Part shown: piece by piece, positions 1 to 12,209 of the stretch
Position numbering within the stretch: the stretch's first letter is position 1
Layout: each line of letters begins with the position of its first letter
Source of the DNA: Camelus dromedarius
Taxonomy: Eukaryota
Direction: 5' to 3'
Length of the DNA: 64,000 bases
NCBI RefSeq assembly: GCF_036321535.1
Contig: NC_087437.1
Location: 17,176,001 to 17,240,000 of the forward strand
Program-made: the position numbers and the translations under genes
Notes under the pieces: model-generated
Told to the model about the DNA's origin: nothing
The model's database searches: none
The model's input: the letters and a program-made list of their open reading frames with translations, nothing else

Positions 1-2439
1 GTCTTCTCCTTACAACTTTCTCCAGTCTTAATCCAAATTTTAACATGATGTACTCTAGAATTCCGTACAATATCTACAAATACAAAATATAGTATCTACA
101 GAATCAAAACCACTTCAAGCCCCAATGAAAGGTGAGCTTTGAATTTTATCATAAACCAAGCATAACTAAAATATTTTGTACCACAATACACTGACATAAA
201 TCAGCCTCATTTGATTCTCCCAAGAAGCCTAACAAGCAGGATTATCAACTACTGATAAGGAAACTACAGGCGGAAAATGTTTAGTGACTTTTCCAGTTAA
301 ATAATGACCACCTTCCTTGTCTTCTAATAGTTCAGTATTTTCCCCACTATTGAATAATGGGGGTCAAGTTTAGGTTGCAAAGCTAAAAATACCTGTAAAG
401 CATGCATTTAATTTCCAATTTTAAGCCAAATTTATTTTGAAATCTGAAGCCAGTAAGTCTCTTAAGATGACTATGTAATCTGTATCATGTACAACCATTT
501 AAAACACAAAGTTATACTATTTTCTTCTTCTTCTGTAAAATAACTACACAGTTCTTGGTTTCCTTCTCTTCACTCTTTCTTCCACTGATTCTCCTTCCCA
601 CCTATTTCCTCCGAAAACATCTAGAACTATAAAATTCCTCTACACATTCAACCACTTCACAAAATCTGTCTCTACCTCCTTGGCCCAAACTGAAACTTGG
701 CTATTCTCCCCATGGCCTCAGAATACTACAGTACTTCCTTTTTCTGTGCTTTACGATAACTGCTGTCTCCTAGTTACCATCATATTCAAGCCGCTTTGTT
801 TTTATCAGCATTCTAAACCTTTAAGACCCTTGCCAGGTGGCTTACCTTTGTACTTCCACTCCTCCTTTTTGTGATACATTAATTAGCCTCTAGAGTCACC
901 CCTCTCTCCACCCCCAGTCATTCAACCTTTGTTAAAGCTGGAGTTTTAATAGGGGATATGGAGTTTTTAACTTTCTGAAGATGTGTGTTCACATATTTCT
1001 GCAGCCAGTTAGGAAACATTCATATTGGGGCCCAATGATGCCTCAAACAGCACCACATTTATAAACACATTCTAAGACTGTGCTTGTCAGATTAGTCTTT
1101 GTCTTGTTTCAAGCAACTCAGAACCCTCAAAGGACTACAACTACTGAAAAGGAGTTCCTGGCACAAATCACAATGTACATTTTTGTTCCTTCCAATGAAC
1201 AGTAAATCACATTTCTAATATTTGGTTACAAAGCTACAGGAGGAAAATAAAATAGTTATATGAAGTCATACTGCTACAAATTTAGTCCTCGATGCCATTA
1301 ACAATCCTTTTAAATATTGCAGACGAGTTTTCTCTCTGCACTTATTTCTTTAAAATCAATTCCAAAATTTTATCACTCTCCTCATCTATGTTCATGCTTA
1401 TCAAAAATTTCAGCTTTGATTCCAGGTTAAGAAATCCTGTACTAGATCAAAGGTCCTCATCAGGAGGAAACAAATCTCTTTTGTCTTCCTGTCTCAAAAG
1501 CTTAGGACCAAAGCCTAGGAAATATAAAAGAATTACATCAACATATATATAATTTTCTTTAGTAGTCTGGAAACAAATCCTGAAAAATATTTTTTGAAGG
1601 GTTCTGTTTTATACATGATTAAAGTTAGTGTATAGAGTAAGAAACTGCACAAGCACACTCTCCAAATTTACTAAGGTGGACAAAAGAAGAAATCCTAAAA
1701 AAATCTCATTTATACCTCAATATATCTTTATTTATATGATGTTTCCTGTATTTCAGTTCCTACTTAAGGTATTTTGACCAGAAGTATTAAAATAAGCTAG
1801 GTCCCCTCTTTTAAAATAAAGCTAGTATAAAGCACCACATTTCATACATTTAAATATCTATGAACAATTTATAAACACATGGAAGTATGTGTACATAAAG
1901 GCTAATTTTCCTTAAGATAACTTCATAAAATCAGCTCACTATATACATATATAATCTTTTATATATATATTTGACTATCATCACCACAAATACAGCAACA
2001 ATCTTATCTCTATTTACCTAATAGACCCTAGGTCATCTGCATAAAATGTGATACACCTGCAGATAATGCCTTTGGAAGATTAGGGGATATCATAAAGAAG
2101 ATTAATAATATCTGAAACAATTGGAAATAATATCCTAAGTTAAAGCCACAAGCTTGACATCAGCAAGCACACAAAAAATAACAACAACAATGTGTTTAAT
2201 AAAGCTAGACACATGAAAAATAGTAGGTACCTTTGGATATAATTGAATAGAGGTTGTGAAAATTCCTAGAGTTCCTAACTTTCCTTAGGACTTCAATTCT
2301 AAATAACTTATAGGCAGTTAGTGCTCTTATCCTAGCACCAATCAACAGGTTTTATCATCTATTGTTTCAAAGAAATAAAATAAAAATATTTACTGCATAC
2401 CTTCCCTCTGTAATTATCTAAAAGTAACTATAGTATAGC

Positions 2440-2835
2440 AATTATGTGTTCTCCCCTCCACAGTGTGTACCAAAGTGGGTAACAAGTACCCAACTACTAA
2501 CTACATTCTGACTCACTCTAGTACTGGTAAGTCCCCATCAATGGAATGTAAACAGAGGAGCCTAAAGCTTCTAAGAAGTAGGTACTGCTCCATCCTCTCT
2601 CTCTTTCTCCCCACTGAATGCAAACATCATTGAGGCTCTAAGGTAAAGAGAAGCCAGAAAATGGAAGGAGCACAAATCCCTAAGTCATCACATGAAGGAA
2701 AGATGCCTAATACTAATTTTTATATTGGAAGATCATATAAATGAGAAATTAACATAAATGAAAATTAATGTCTGTCATGATATGCCACCAATATTTGAAG
2801 TTTATTTTTTACAGCATATATATTACTCTAAGCGT
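2440..2835 (+). mobile_element. Old MaLR LTR fragment (MLT1J/K-like)
   Basis: Contains ggaaggagcacaaatccctaagtcatcacatgaagg, atgagaaattaac and tttgaagtttattttttacagcata, resembling the 3' half of MLT1. Boundaries approximate. Confidence 0.55.
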
Positions 2836-3823
2836 GTAGCTGCTAGAATTGTTGAGCAGGTTAAAATATCTCCAGAGTTAATTTCACGGATTCATTCTAC
2901 CTATACAGAAAACTGAAAACTGACTCTTAAATATTAAGCAATCATTTGAGGATTTTCAAATAGCTATGAAATGAAATAGAAGTTTCTGTCCTCTGCCCTA
3001 AAACATTTTGTATATTTTATATATTACTTTTCATTCTAGGAAAGTGGGGGATAGCAGAACTAAAAAAGCACTTTAAAAAATTAGCCTAGAGTTAACCACG
3101 TATGTTCTTAGGTTAAAGCAAGAGTTAAACAGACTCAGGGAAGATCAAAAACTTATCATTTTAATGTTAACATCTTTTCGCATGAAAACATTAACATTGC
3201 TCAACAAATAGCAAGCACAAGTATCTCTTAACTTATTTTTCTACTGGGTTGGTAATCAGTAGATAAATGTAAATATACATGTATCCTGGAGAAACAGTAA
3301 ACAACTTAGTAATTAAAATACTATGTAACTAAACAAAAAACTAAGAGAAATGCTGTTTGTGTTCAGAACTTCTTACTCTTGTTCTCCAATAACCTAAGAG
3401 GTTTAAGGACTCAACTGATTATGAAATATTCTGAACCAGTTCCAAATGTCAGTTTAAGATATGCACAAGATGATGAGATACGACCACGGAACTTAAACAA
3501 TGAAGGAGTTTAAAAGTAACCCAGCTGAAACTCTAAAAGGGATCAACAATGACTATTGTATAAAAATATAATAAATTGTGGGGAAAACTATGGACTACAA
3601 AATCCGAAGATTTCTGAAGTTCAAACTAAGATACTGTGACTCTAAGATATGTGCCCTGGTTTCATAGTACCTTGACTGATGTAACTATTTCATTTATTCA
3701 ATTAGTATTTTTAAAGTTCTGTTTACTTGAACTTCCTCTTATGTACAACCTCCCCCAGGATTAAAAAAAATAATAAGTTAGCTTTTTTTGGGGGGGGGGC
3801 ATAATTCTGACACAAGTTCAAAC

Positions 3824-5575
3824 GCTCTTTGCTTTTATGTCTTCTTCAAGTTTTATTAAATTTCATTTAATTTGCTATATTAAGAAAGTCACAAAAATTA
3901 CCAATGACAAAGTATACACAAACATTTTTACATAATAAAATATTACTAATATCAGCTATAATTGGGGTAAGCTGAAGAGTAAGCCCCAACAGTTTCTGGA
4001 CAAAGTCTCTTCTCAAAAAAATTAAAATGTATTTAGGCAACTAAAGTAAGATTCCCTTTTAAGTAAGAAGCGTATGTGTTGGTGATGTAACAGAGAGTGA
4101 TATGACTGTTATGCAAACCCGAATAAAGCCAAATTTTCTTCTCACTAAGTGTAAGTCCACAATAAACTAGTAGATAATTCGGATGAAGATGCTTTTCTTT
4201 CCTTTTTAACACCTAGAGCTATTCCTCACTTAAAACTCATTTAAGCTATCAAACGGTATTCCATCACTTTTACATGATCCTGGGATGTTATACTAACCTT
4301 TTATTTTAAACATAATCAAAGATAACATTCTTGTGTTTGCCTTTACTTTACAGAATGAAATTTCCTGTCCCTGGACCAAGAGGAAGAAGGAATATTAGAA
4401 ATAGCTCTTCAAGAGAAGTTGGGACATAAAGCCAGAAAATGAGGTAGCCCTGAGACAAGAATTATTAGGATAAAGGGAGGAGGAAAAGGAGAGGATGGTG
4501 ATGAGGAAATATCTGCCTCGGGTCAAGAGTAAAATTTCACCCTGAAGCGGTCCTGAACACTGTCCTCTTATCCTCCTCACTATAGAGCTATGCTCAGTTG
4601 TATATTCAATTCCCCTAGTCCTTGAGTACTACCTTCTTGTACTTCCCCAACTTCCTCCTGAAGATAATCACCAGGGTTGCAATGCCAACAAAAACAGCCA
4701 CCAGGACCACCAAAATGACAATACTGAAGCTAGCTGTCAAAGTTTCCTGGGGATGGGTTGATCCCCACGTAGGGATTACCAGCAGAGGACTTCCAAAAAG
4801 TCTGAGATTGCTAACACCCTGGAAGAGTAATTCAACCCTACCCTCCTCTTAAAATAGGCAGAGCTAGCAATATCCATCTCATCAAGGTCTTCTGAGAGAT
4901 GATCTGTTGCTGCTGAATAGTTGGTGGGCTGCTTATAGTACCAGCATGTACTTGGAATATAGGCAGCAGTGACCACAAAAGAGCCACTTCAGCTCAGCTT
5001 CCCAGTCTGTGTTTAAAAGCACAGGCATCCTGGCAATGATACTTTTGCAACAATAGCGTTGTGTTGAAGGCTCAGGTCTTCTTTTTCCAAATTATGGATG
5101 CCCATCAGGTTTACCCACCAGCACAATGACACCTGGTTGCACTGTTGGGCCTTCAAACACCATTTCTGTAACATTTGGGGCTGTGCAGGCAATCAACATC
5201 CACAAAGGTACACTTGCTAGGTTTTACCAGGCTTTCGCCACCCTTGTGGCCATTCATGCACGACTTTACCTGCAGGAACTAAGAGGTCAAGAATGAAGCA
5301 GTTCACCTTAAGAGCCCAGCGCCTGGCACCAGCAGTGTTCCATCCACCTCCCCCATCTGTAAAACATCAACTTACTCATGGGACATGTAAAGTGTAATGT
5401 GGCTGGCCATCACCATTAGAAGGAACATTAGGCCCAGACTTCCCACAAGGGTCAAAATAGAGGAATGTGAAATAGATAGGAAAGAAAGATATTCACAGGG
5501 CTTGGAACAGGATCCAGTGTCTGCTGCCTAGGGGAGAGACTGCAACTGTGTTGCCCTGGCAGCTTCTTCCTTTTT
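3824..5575 (-). pseudogene. Processed pseudogene of TACSTD2 (Trop-2, EpCAM family); decayed CDS about 4585-5455 with 5'UTR-like and 3'UTR-like flanks
   Basis: Colinear, intronless minus-strand fragments: TCPMSKL, CWCQALGS, LVKPSKCTFVDVD, KAQQCNQVSLCWWVNLMG (5100-5153; Trop-2 KARQCNQTSVCWCVNSVG), AELKWLF, YKQPT, MDIASSAYF, ELLFQG, and LTASFSIVILVVLVAVFVGIATLVIIFRRKLGKYKKVVLK (4621-4740; 24/40 identical to recalled human LTAGLIAVIVVVVVALVAGMAVLVITNRRKSGKYKKVEIK). Stops at 5308-5310 and 5279-5281, several frameshifts, AATAAA at 3852-3857. Confidence 0.9.
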
Positions 5576-7049
5576 AATATGTAAAATTCATTTCTGAAAA
5601 ACATCAAAATGTATAGCTGCTGAAGTTATGATTATGTGTGCTGTAATGATTATTAAAATATTAACAATTTCAATTATCTGACATCTACTTGATGCCATGG
5701 AAGAGACCAGCTATCCAAAATCTTAACATATGAGAGAAACTATCTTGTTTCAACAACTGTTATTTGCAGTTTTCCACTACACTTTCAGCTCAACTTAATC
5801 TAAATGTTTTTATGTTACATTTAAATTTGCATTATAATGTGGTTAAAAGTCAGAACAAATGTTTAAATATTTTTTTTCATGATTTTAAATCCTGTACCTA
5901 ATATCCTGCACTGTAGTGGTTGGCACATATTTCTTATATTACACTCATATATTGCTTCCATTCAAGTAGTTATACATTTGTTTAGTTCTGTAAGGTTTTA
6001 CTCTTCATCTTCATTGTAGTATTTTTTCCTTCAATATTTCCTAGCTATCTCTGTTATAAAGGTTCGTTTCAGTCAACAGTATATTTGTTCTCCTCTCTAA
6101 CGTCTCATTGCCATTTCTTTTATAATTACTCACACTTCTTAAGACATTCTTCATCCATTTTAATACTTCTTGAAACTTAAGCTTTTCAGTGACTATTCAG
6201 AAATTTAAAAATTATTATACATACTTCCATCCATTTTAGTAGTGGCTCAGAAAAGCATACAATTCCCATATAATCACTATATAACTGTGAGTTCAAACAC
6301 AAGAGGTGAGATTTTAATAAACTCACAGATGCTTCTTCATCTTCCTTGGCGTTGTCATAGAGTAAAACTCGCCTACCTAAATCTTGTGGGAGAACTCCTC
6401 TGCATTTGATACCCTGAATCTTGGCATCAAACACATTTGTAAGTTAAGAACTAGAAGAAATCAAAGTCCTGTGAAATTTCATACTTTTTAACATCAGAAC
6501 AAAGTTTCCTCACTAAAAGAGAGAATGACTAATCACAGACTATCCCCTAAGATATCTTTATCTTTCCCAATCACAACTTACATGGACAAAATAAATTTTC
6601 CTTTCATAGTCACCTGTCATAAGCAGAGAAGACCAAACTGTGTCATTAGGTATACTTCATTCATAGACTGACTCTAATTCCCTACTCACATAAGTTATTA
6701 TTACCTGTACATTAAGGCCAAACAGTTTTCTTAGCATTAATCAATAGTTTGTCATGGTTTATTAATAGATCATTTGATGAGTATAGAGGATTTCCTCTCC
6801 CTTCTACAATTAAAGCGCCTACAAAGGGAAGGGTCAGGCAAGTTCAGTTCATATTGTATCCCTTGTGCCTAACCCAAGCCTGAAACAAGAATTCTCAATG
6901 AATTTTTGTTGAATGAATCAACTGTAGTCCAACTTTTTTAGATGACATCTGGGGATACAAAATGCAAATGTCAATAAATTACAGAAATTCATTTTAAATG
7001 CTTACTAACTCATAATTACTAAAGCAACAAATATCAGTTAGATTTAACA

Positions 7050-7870
7050 GTTTGAATGTTTCAAAATTCAACATGTATTCAGGGTCATGCATCCAAAAAT
7101 CACAATGTCCAAACTAAACTATTCCCATACTCATCCTCTAACACCTATACTCTTACAAATTCCTTTTCTATGACTATCACCAAGGTAAACAACTAGGGAA
7201 TACTTTAGATTCTCTCCTCTTTCTCATCGTTCAGAAGCATTCTATAGCCTTAATATTTATATAATCTTTCACTTCCTCTTCACCCTCACCGACAATATAA
7301 ATTCAAACTTTCATTACTTCCCAATTGGATCAGTTATTTAAAAAAAAAAAAAAGCTTCCTAAGTCTGATTCCTGCCTTACACACCCAAATCATCACCTAA
7401 ACTGCTTCCAAAAAGGTTATTTCTAAAAATGCTAATATGATCAAGTCATTTTCTTTCTAAAATGCCATCAATTTCACAATGCTCAGAATCTAGCCTCTCT
7501 TAGCTCCATTTTTCTTAGGACATCTTACATCCTCTGTAGTAGGGGTAGAAATTTCATTTTTGCATGTCCTATTTCTATTATAACAAGTACATTCTGCTAC
7601 TGCCTAGCTAACTCCTACTCCTCCGTCAAGTCTCAGGTCAAGTTTTAGCTGTTCAGGCAAGCCTTCCATGATCCTGGCCTCTACAAAGGCCTAAGTGAAT
7701 TTTCAGTGTTTTCAACCCACTCTGTATATCTCTCCTATTAAAGTATTCCATAACACCTGTTTTCCCATGACACTAGACTCCATGAGGACAGAACTGTGAT
7801 TTTATTTCTGTACATTCAGGAACAATCTAGCCCCTGATGACAGGAAGTGCATAACAAGTATCTATTAAGA
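7050..7870. mobile_element. L2 LINE remnant
   Basis: L2-like motifs: caatgtccaaactaaact, ctactcctccgtcaagtctcagg, actagactccatgaggacaga, and acaggaagtgcataacaagtatctatt. Confidence 0.55.
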
Positions 7871-8099
7871 TAGTACAACTTACTCTTTCTGATAAGGAAA
7901 AAAGACTAAAAGACACAACGGTCATTAATAGTCGTAGAAATCAAGGGTTTCTGGAATGCTGGGTAAACAAAAGAAACCAGGTTCTTCAATACAAATCATA
8001 TCAAACTGTTCACATTTCATCCCTCTCCAAAGCGGAAGGGATATATAGTCCAAACTTCACATATATGGACAGCATAAGCCTTCCTTTTGAGAAGCATTT

Positions 8100-9100
8100 C
8101 AGAAACACCTATCCATTTTTATTTCAAATAATAAAGTAAACATATAAACAAGTAAACAAGTACAATATATAGTAGATAAGTAGTACAATAAATTATGTAT
8201 CATTCTGTAGCTTGCTTTGTGCCTTAAAATGCACTTCTAAAATTTATTCATAATGGTACCTAGAACTCTAGTGCACTCATTTAACTGCTATAGAAAAAAT
8301 GTAAGTGTTTGAACATATCACATTTTATCAATTGTCCTATTCACAGACATTTTTAACTTCCTTTTTTCTTTTTGCTATTATAAACAAAATAGCAATAAAA
8401 ATTCCTGTATGTGCCTCCTTTATAAAAAATACACAAAAATTTCTCTAGAGGTTACATCTAGGAATTGAACTGCCTTTCTTCAAAGTATCTCTGTTAAAAA
8501 AAGGTGCTTCCACAGTATAGGCTCCCTTAAAATATTTACTGAATGAATGAAATATGGATAGGTTATTCAACTTTTCTTGATATTGTCAAATAGTTTTTCT
8601 CCAAAGGAGTTATGCAGGATTATACTTCCAATAGTTGCTATTCCACATCCTAACTGACTCTTACTATCTTCTAGTAATTTTTATGTTGCTCAATATGAAG
8701 AGTATGAAACAGAATTTTATTCTATTCCACTCAAAATTTTATCCATTTTTCCTTAGTATTTTCTAAAATAGGCTCTTGTTTCCTATTACATGTTCTAATT
8801 GGCCATTACTGCTTTACAGAATGCTGATTAATGCTACTTTTTTTCTCTAGGAGTTTTGCTAAACATTTATTAGTTCTAATAGTCTAATTTATCCTAAAAT
8901 TCCTACATAGATAATTGTATATTCTGCAAATGTGGATAATTTTGTTTTTTGTCCTTTTCAATTGTTTGTGTTTTCATTTTTTTTTTTTAATTTTATAGTG
9001 AGTATTGAAGAGTAGTCAGTACTCTACTGCTTGTTCCTGGGAATACATCTACATTTTCTAGTTAAAAATACTGTGATGTGATCTTTAAGGTTTTTGGGTG
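8100..9100 (-). mobile_element. Ancient L1 (L1ME-like) fragments
   Basis: Reverse-strand L1 motifs such as ttgctattataaacaaaatagcaataaaaattcct, tattgtcaaatagtttt and ataattgtatattctgcaaat. Confidence 0.5.
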
Positions 9101-9123
9101 ATAACCTTTACCCTACTAATCTT

Positions 9124-9215
9124 TACCTTTCATAAAACGTGGATCCAAAAGAACTTAAGCGGAGAGTAATACCTTTCATAAAATGTGGATCCAAAAGAAT
9201 TTAAGTTGAGAGTAA
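9124..9215. repeat. Tandem duplication, 46 bp x2
   Basis: tacctttcataaaa(c/t)gtggatccaaaagaa(c/t)ttaag(cg/tt)gagagtaa occurs twice head to tail. Confidence 0.95.
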
Positions 9216-10041
9216 TAGAATGAAAACAGCGACAGGGAAGAATAATGTTGATGAATGATATGGAATGTAGTGGGTGAAAAAGAAAAAACGTACATAGTCA
9301 CTAGCTTGTATCAAACACAGATGACTAGATTTTGTTCATATTAAATACTGAAGATTTTGTTCATATTAAATAAAAGGCAGAAAACTAGTTTTACACGAAA
9401 AAATAGAAGCAAAATATTGGAATGTAATTTTAAAATTTACTCCTTCATTGTTCTGCTTGTGTTTCCACCTAAAGGTGGAAAGCAATAAACAGATCTCAAA
9501 AATCAGTATTTCTGTAGCTTGCTAACAATTTTTCTATTACCAGTGTAATAAAGAAACTGTCAAGCTTAATGGCTAAACGTCACTTAACACAGTCTTAAAT
9601 TATACTAATGTATCTTAAGGTTGTCTCTTGCTTTGGCTAACTGGGATTCAGTATTTCTTCTACCATTTAGCATCATTCCACTACTCTACCTCCCTCCCTT
9701 CCCAAACAAATTCCAAGATCCCTGGACACATCAACATGGTAGCATACATAAAATGCAGTAAACACTAAACTCCCTTAAGGAAATCAAAAGGAAATAAATG
9801 TAAAAACTAGAAAGTATACCACTAATGAAAAGTTGCCTGTTTTTACTTCTAAAACCAAATGTTTCAATAAATAACCTAAATTTTAAACTTAAATTGAAAA
9901 TAAAAGTATTAAAAATGAACATATAAACAACAAATAAAGATTTAACATATTATCGATTATTACTAATCAAAAATGCAGATTACAATAATGAGTTACTATT
10001 TTCACCTATGTTGTCAAATAATTATTAAATATAAAATATCC

Positions 10042-10190
10042 GGGGTGGGGGAGGGTGTAGCTCAAGTGGTAGAGTGCATGCTTAGCATACACAAGGTCCT
10101 GGGTTCAATCCCCAATACTTCCTCTAAAAATAAGTAAATCTAACTACACCCCCCAAAAATAAAATGAAATAAAAATTAAATAATTAAATT
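10042..10190 (+). mobile_element. tRNA-Ala-derived SINE (camelid Vic-1-like)
   Basis: Head gtagctcaagtggtagagtgcatgcttagcat, B box ggttcaatccc, A-rich tail, flanking repeat aaatatcc at 10034-10041 and 10191-10198. Confidence 0.88.
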
Positions 10191-10789
10191 AAATATCCAA
10201 TTGCTAGCTACACTTCTGGTAAAAGATAAACTACTACAACTTTTTGGAGAGTAAAATGGTACTTACGTACTATACAGTTAAGAAATACTTTTTAACCAAA
10301 TAATTTTACCTCTAGTATTTTTAAATGGGGAAAAAAAAAGTAGGGATATAAATACAAATAATGAATACATTTTATAATAGTGAAAAAAATAAAAAGATGC
10401 ACTAAAGGAATAGTAAAATAATTATGGTTTATCCTTATAGTGAATTAGTAAGAAGCCAATAAAGATACGGTCTTGTAGAATACTTAATGATATTTGTTGA
10501 GTGAATGAGGAGAGAGAAGAGAGTCAGAAGGTTATAAAAGATCATATTAAGTCAAATTCTAAAAATTATATATTATTAAGGCAATAAAAATTCTCTAGGG
10601 CAGCTCCTATTATATGCAAGTCATTTTACTCAGCACAATGTAATTTTAAATTTGTAATCTTAATCTTACTATTAAACAAAATGCCTTTCCTGACATTTTT
10701 TATAAAACAAGCAAAGAGAAACCTTCAAGTTGATACACTTCTTGATTATATAATGAACAGGAATACATAAAATATCAATATACACACTA

Positions 10790-11236
<447 letters not shown>

Positions 11237-12209
11237 TTAAGTACTTTGTACAATAGCATCAATGGTGAACATTTTAACCATGCCACCAAACATACCTCCT
11301 TCTTGACATTTCCTTTTTCGGATCTTCCTCAATTCCTAGGAAACCATGTTCTATAAAACATTACTTGGAAATGCTATATATTCAACTTCTCCCTTTACTT
11401 GAGTGCTCAAATATTTCTTATCCAGTCATGTAACAAACATATATATTGAATATGTTCAGAACCAATCTAGGTACTAGAAATATGGCAATAAGCAAAACAA
11501 ACAGTCCTGCCTTGATAGAGTTTACAGTCTTCAATTAACAATCCATTCCATGCACCCAATTTTTTTTAAAAAGTCAACACTAGCTATCACCTTATCTAAC
11601 TCTCAACTGAACTGTCATGATAGAATTGCTTGCAGTCACTGTTAATAATCCCATAAATTTAATTCATATATAAACTTATCAGGATTGCAGCTTCACCAAA
11701 AGCACCAATAAAATTAATGCTGCTAAATGTTAACTGACTTTTTTTTGAAACTCTCTCAACAGGCCATGTTATTATTTCTTCCTTGCTTTTCAGGTATTTT
11801 TTCCCTCCCTATATTTCTTAACTGTTAGTGTAAACTTAAGTCTCTCCTGAGCATCTTCTCAATCTTTATAGTTTCTCTTGAGTGGTTTACTTGACTCTCA
11901 TAGTAGCCTGTTCCAGTTATCAATTTATTCTTCCTCATCTCCAAATATACCCTTATGTGCCCCACTTTGTGATGCTGGAGCTGGACTTGTATACATTTCT
12001 TTTTTGTCATCTGCTGCAGTGGTAGGCTTTATAACTAGAGGGCACGGGAGGAATACTACAAAGCATAGGATGGAGGGGCTTCCCTCCTTGCTCACAGGAC
12101 CTGCTCCCTTCATTCTCTATTCTTGTATTACTCATAGTACTCTTTCATTTCTCTTAATAGTTAACAGCCTCACAACCATTTTTGTATGTGGGTTAATATA
12201 TAACGAATT

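Noticed and set aside
4622..4852. Plus-strand 76-aa ORF
   Set aside because: It is the antisense shadow of the Trop-2-like transmembrane region on the minus strand.
9124..9372. CRISPR-like or other regular array
   Set aside because: Only two copies of each unit, no spacer series, mammalian context.
10046..10121. tRNA-Ala(AGC)-like gene, also at 26880, 49985, 52185 and 57425
   Set aside because: Multiple diverged copies with A-rich tails, TSDs and broken stems; these are SINE heads, not tRNA genes.
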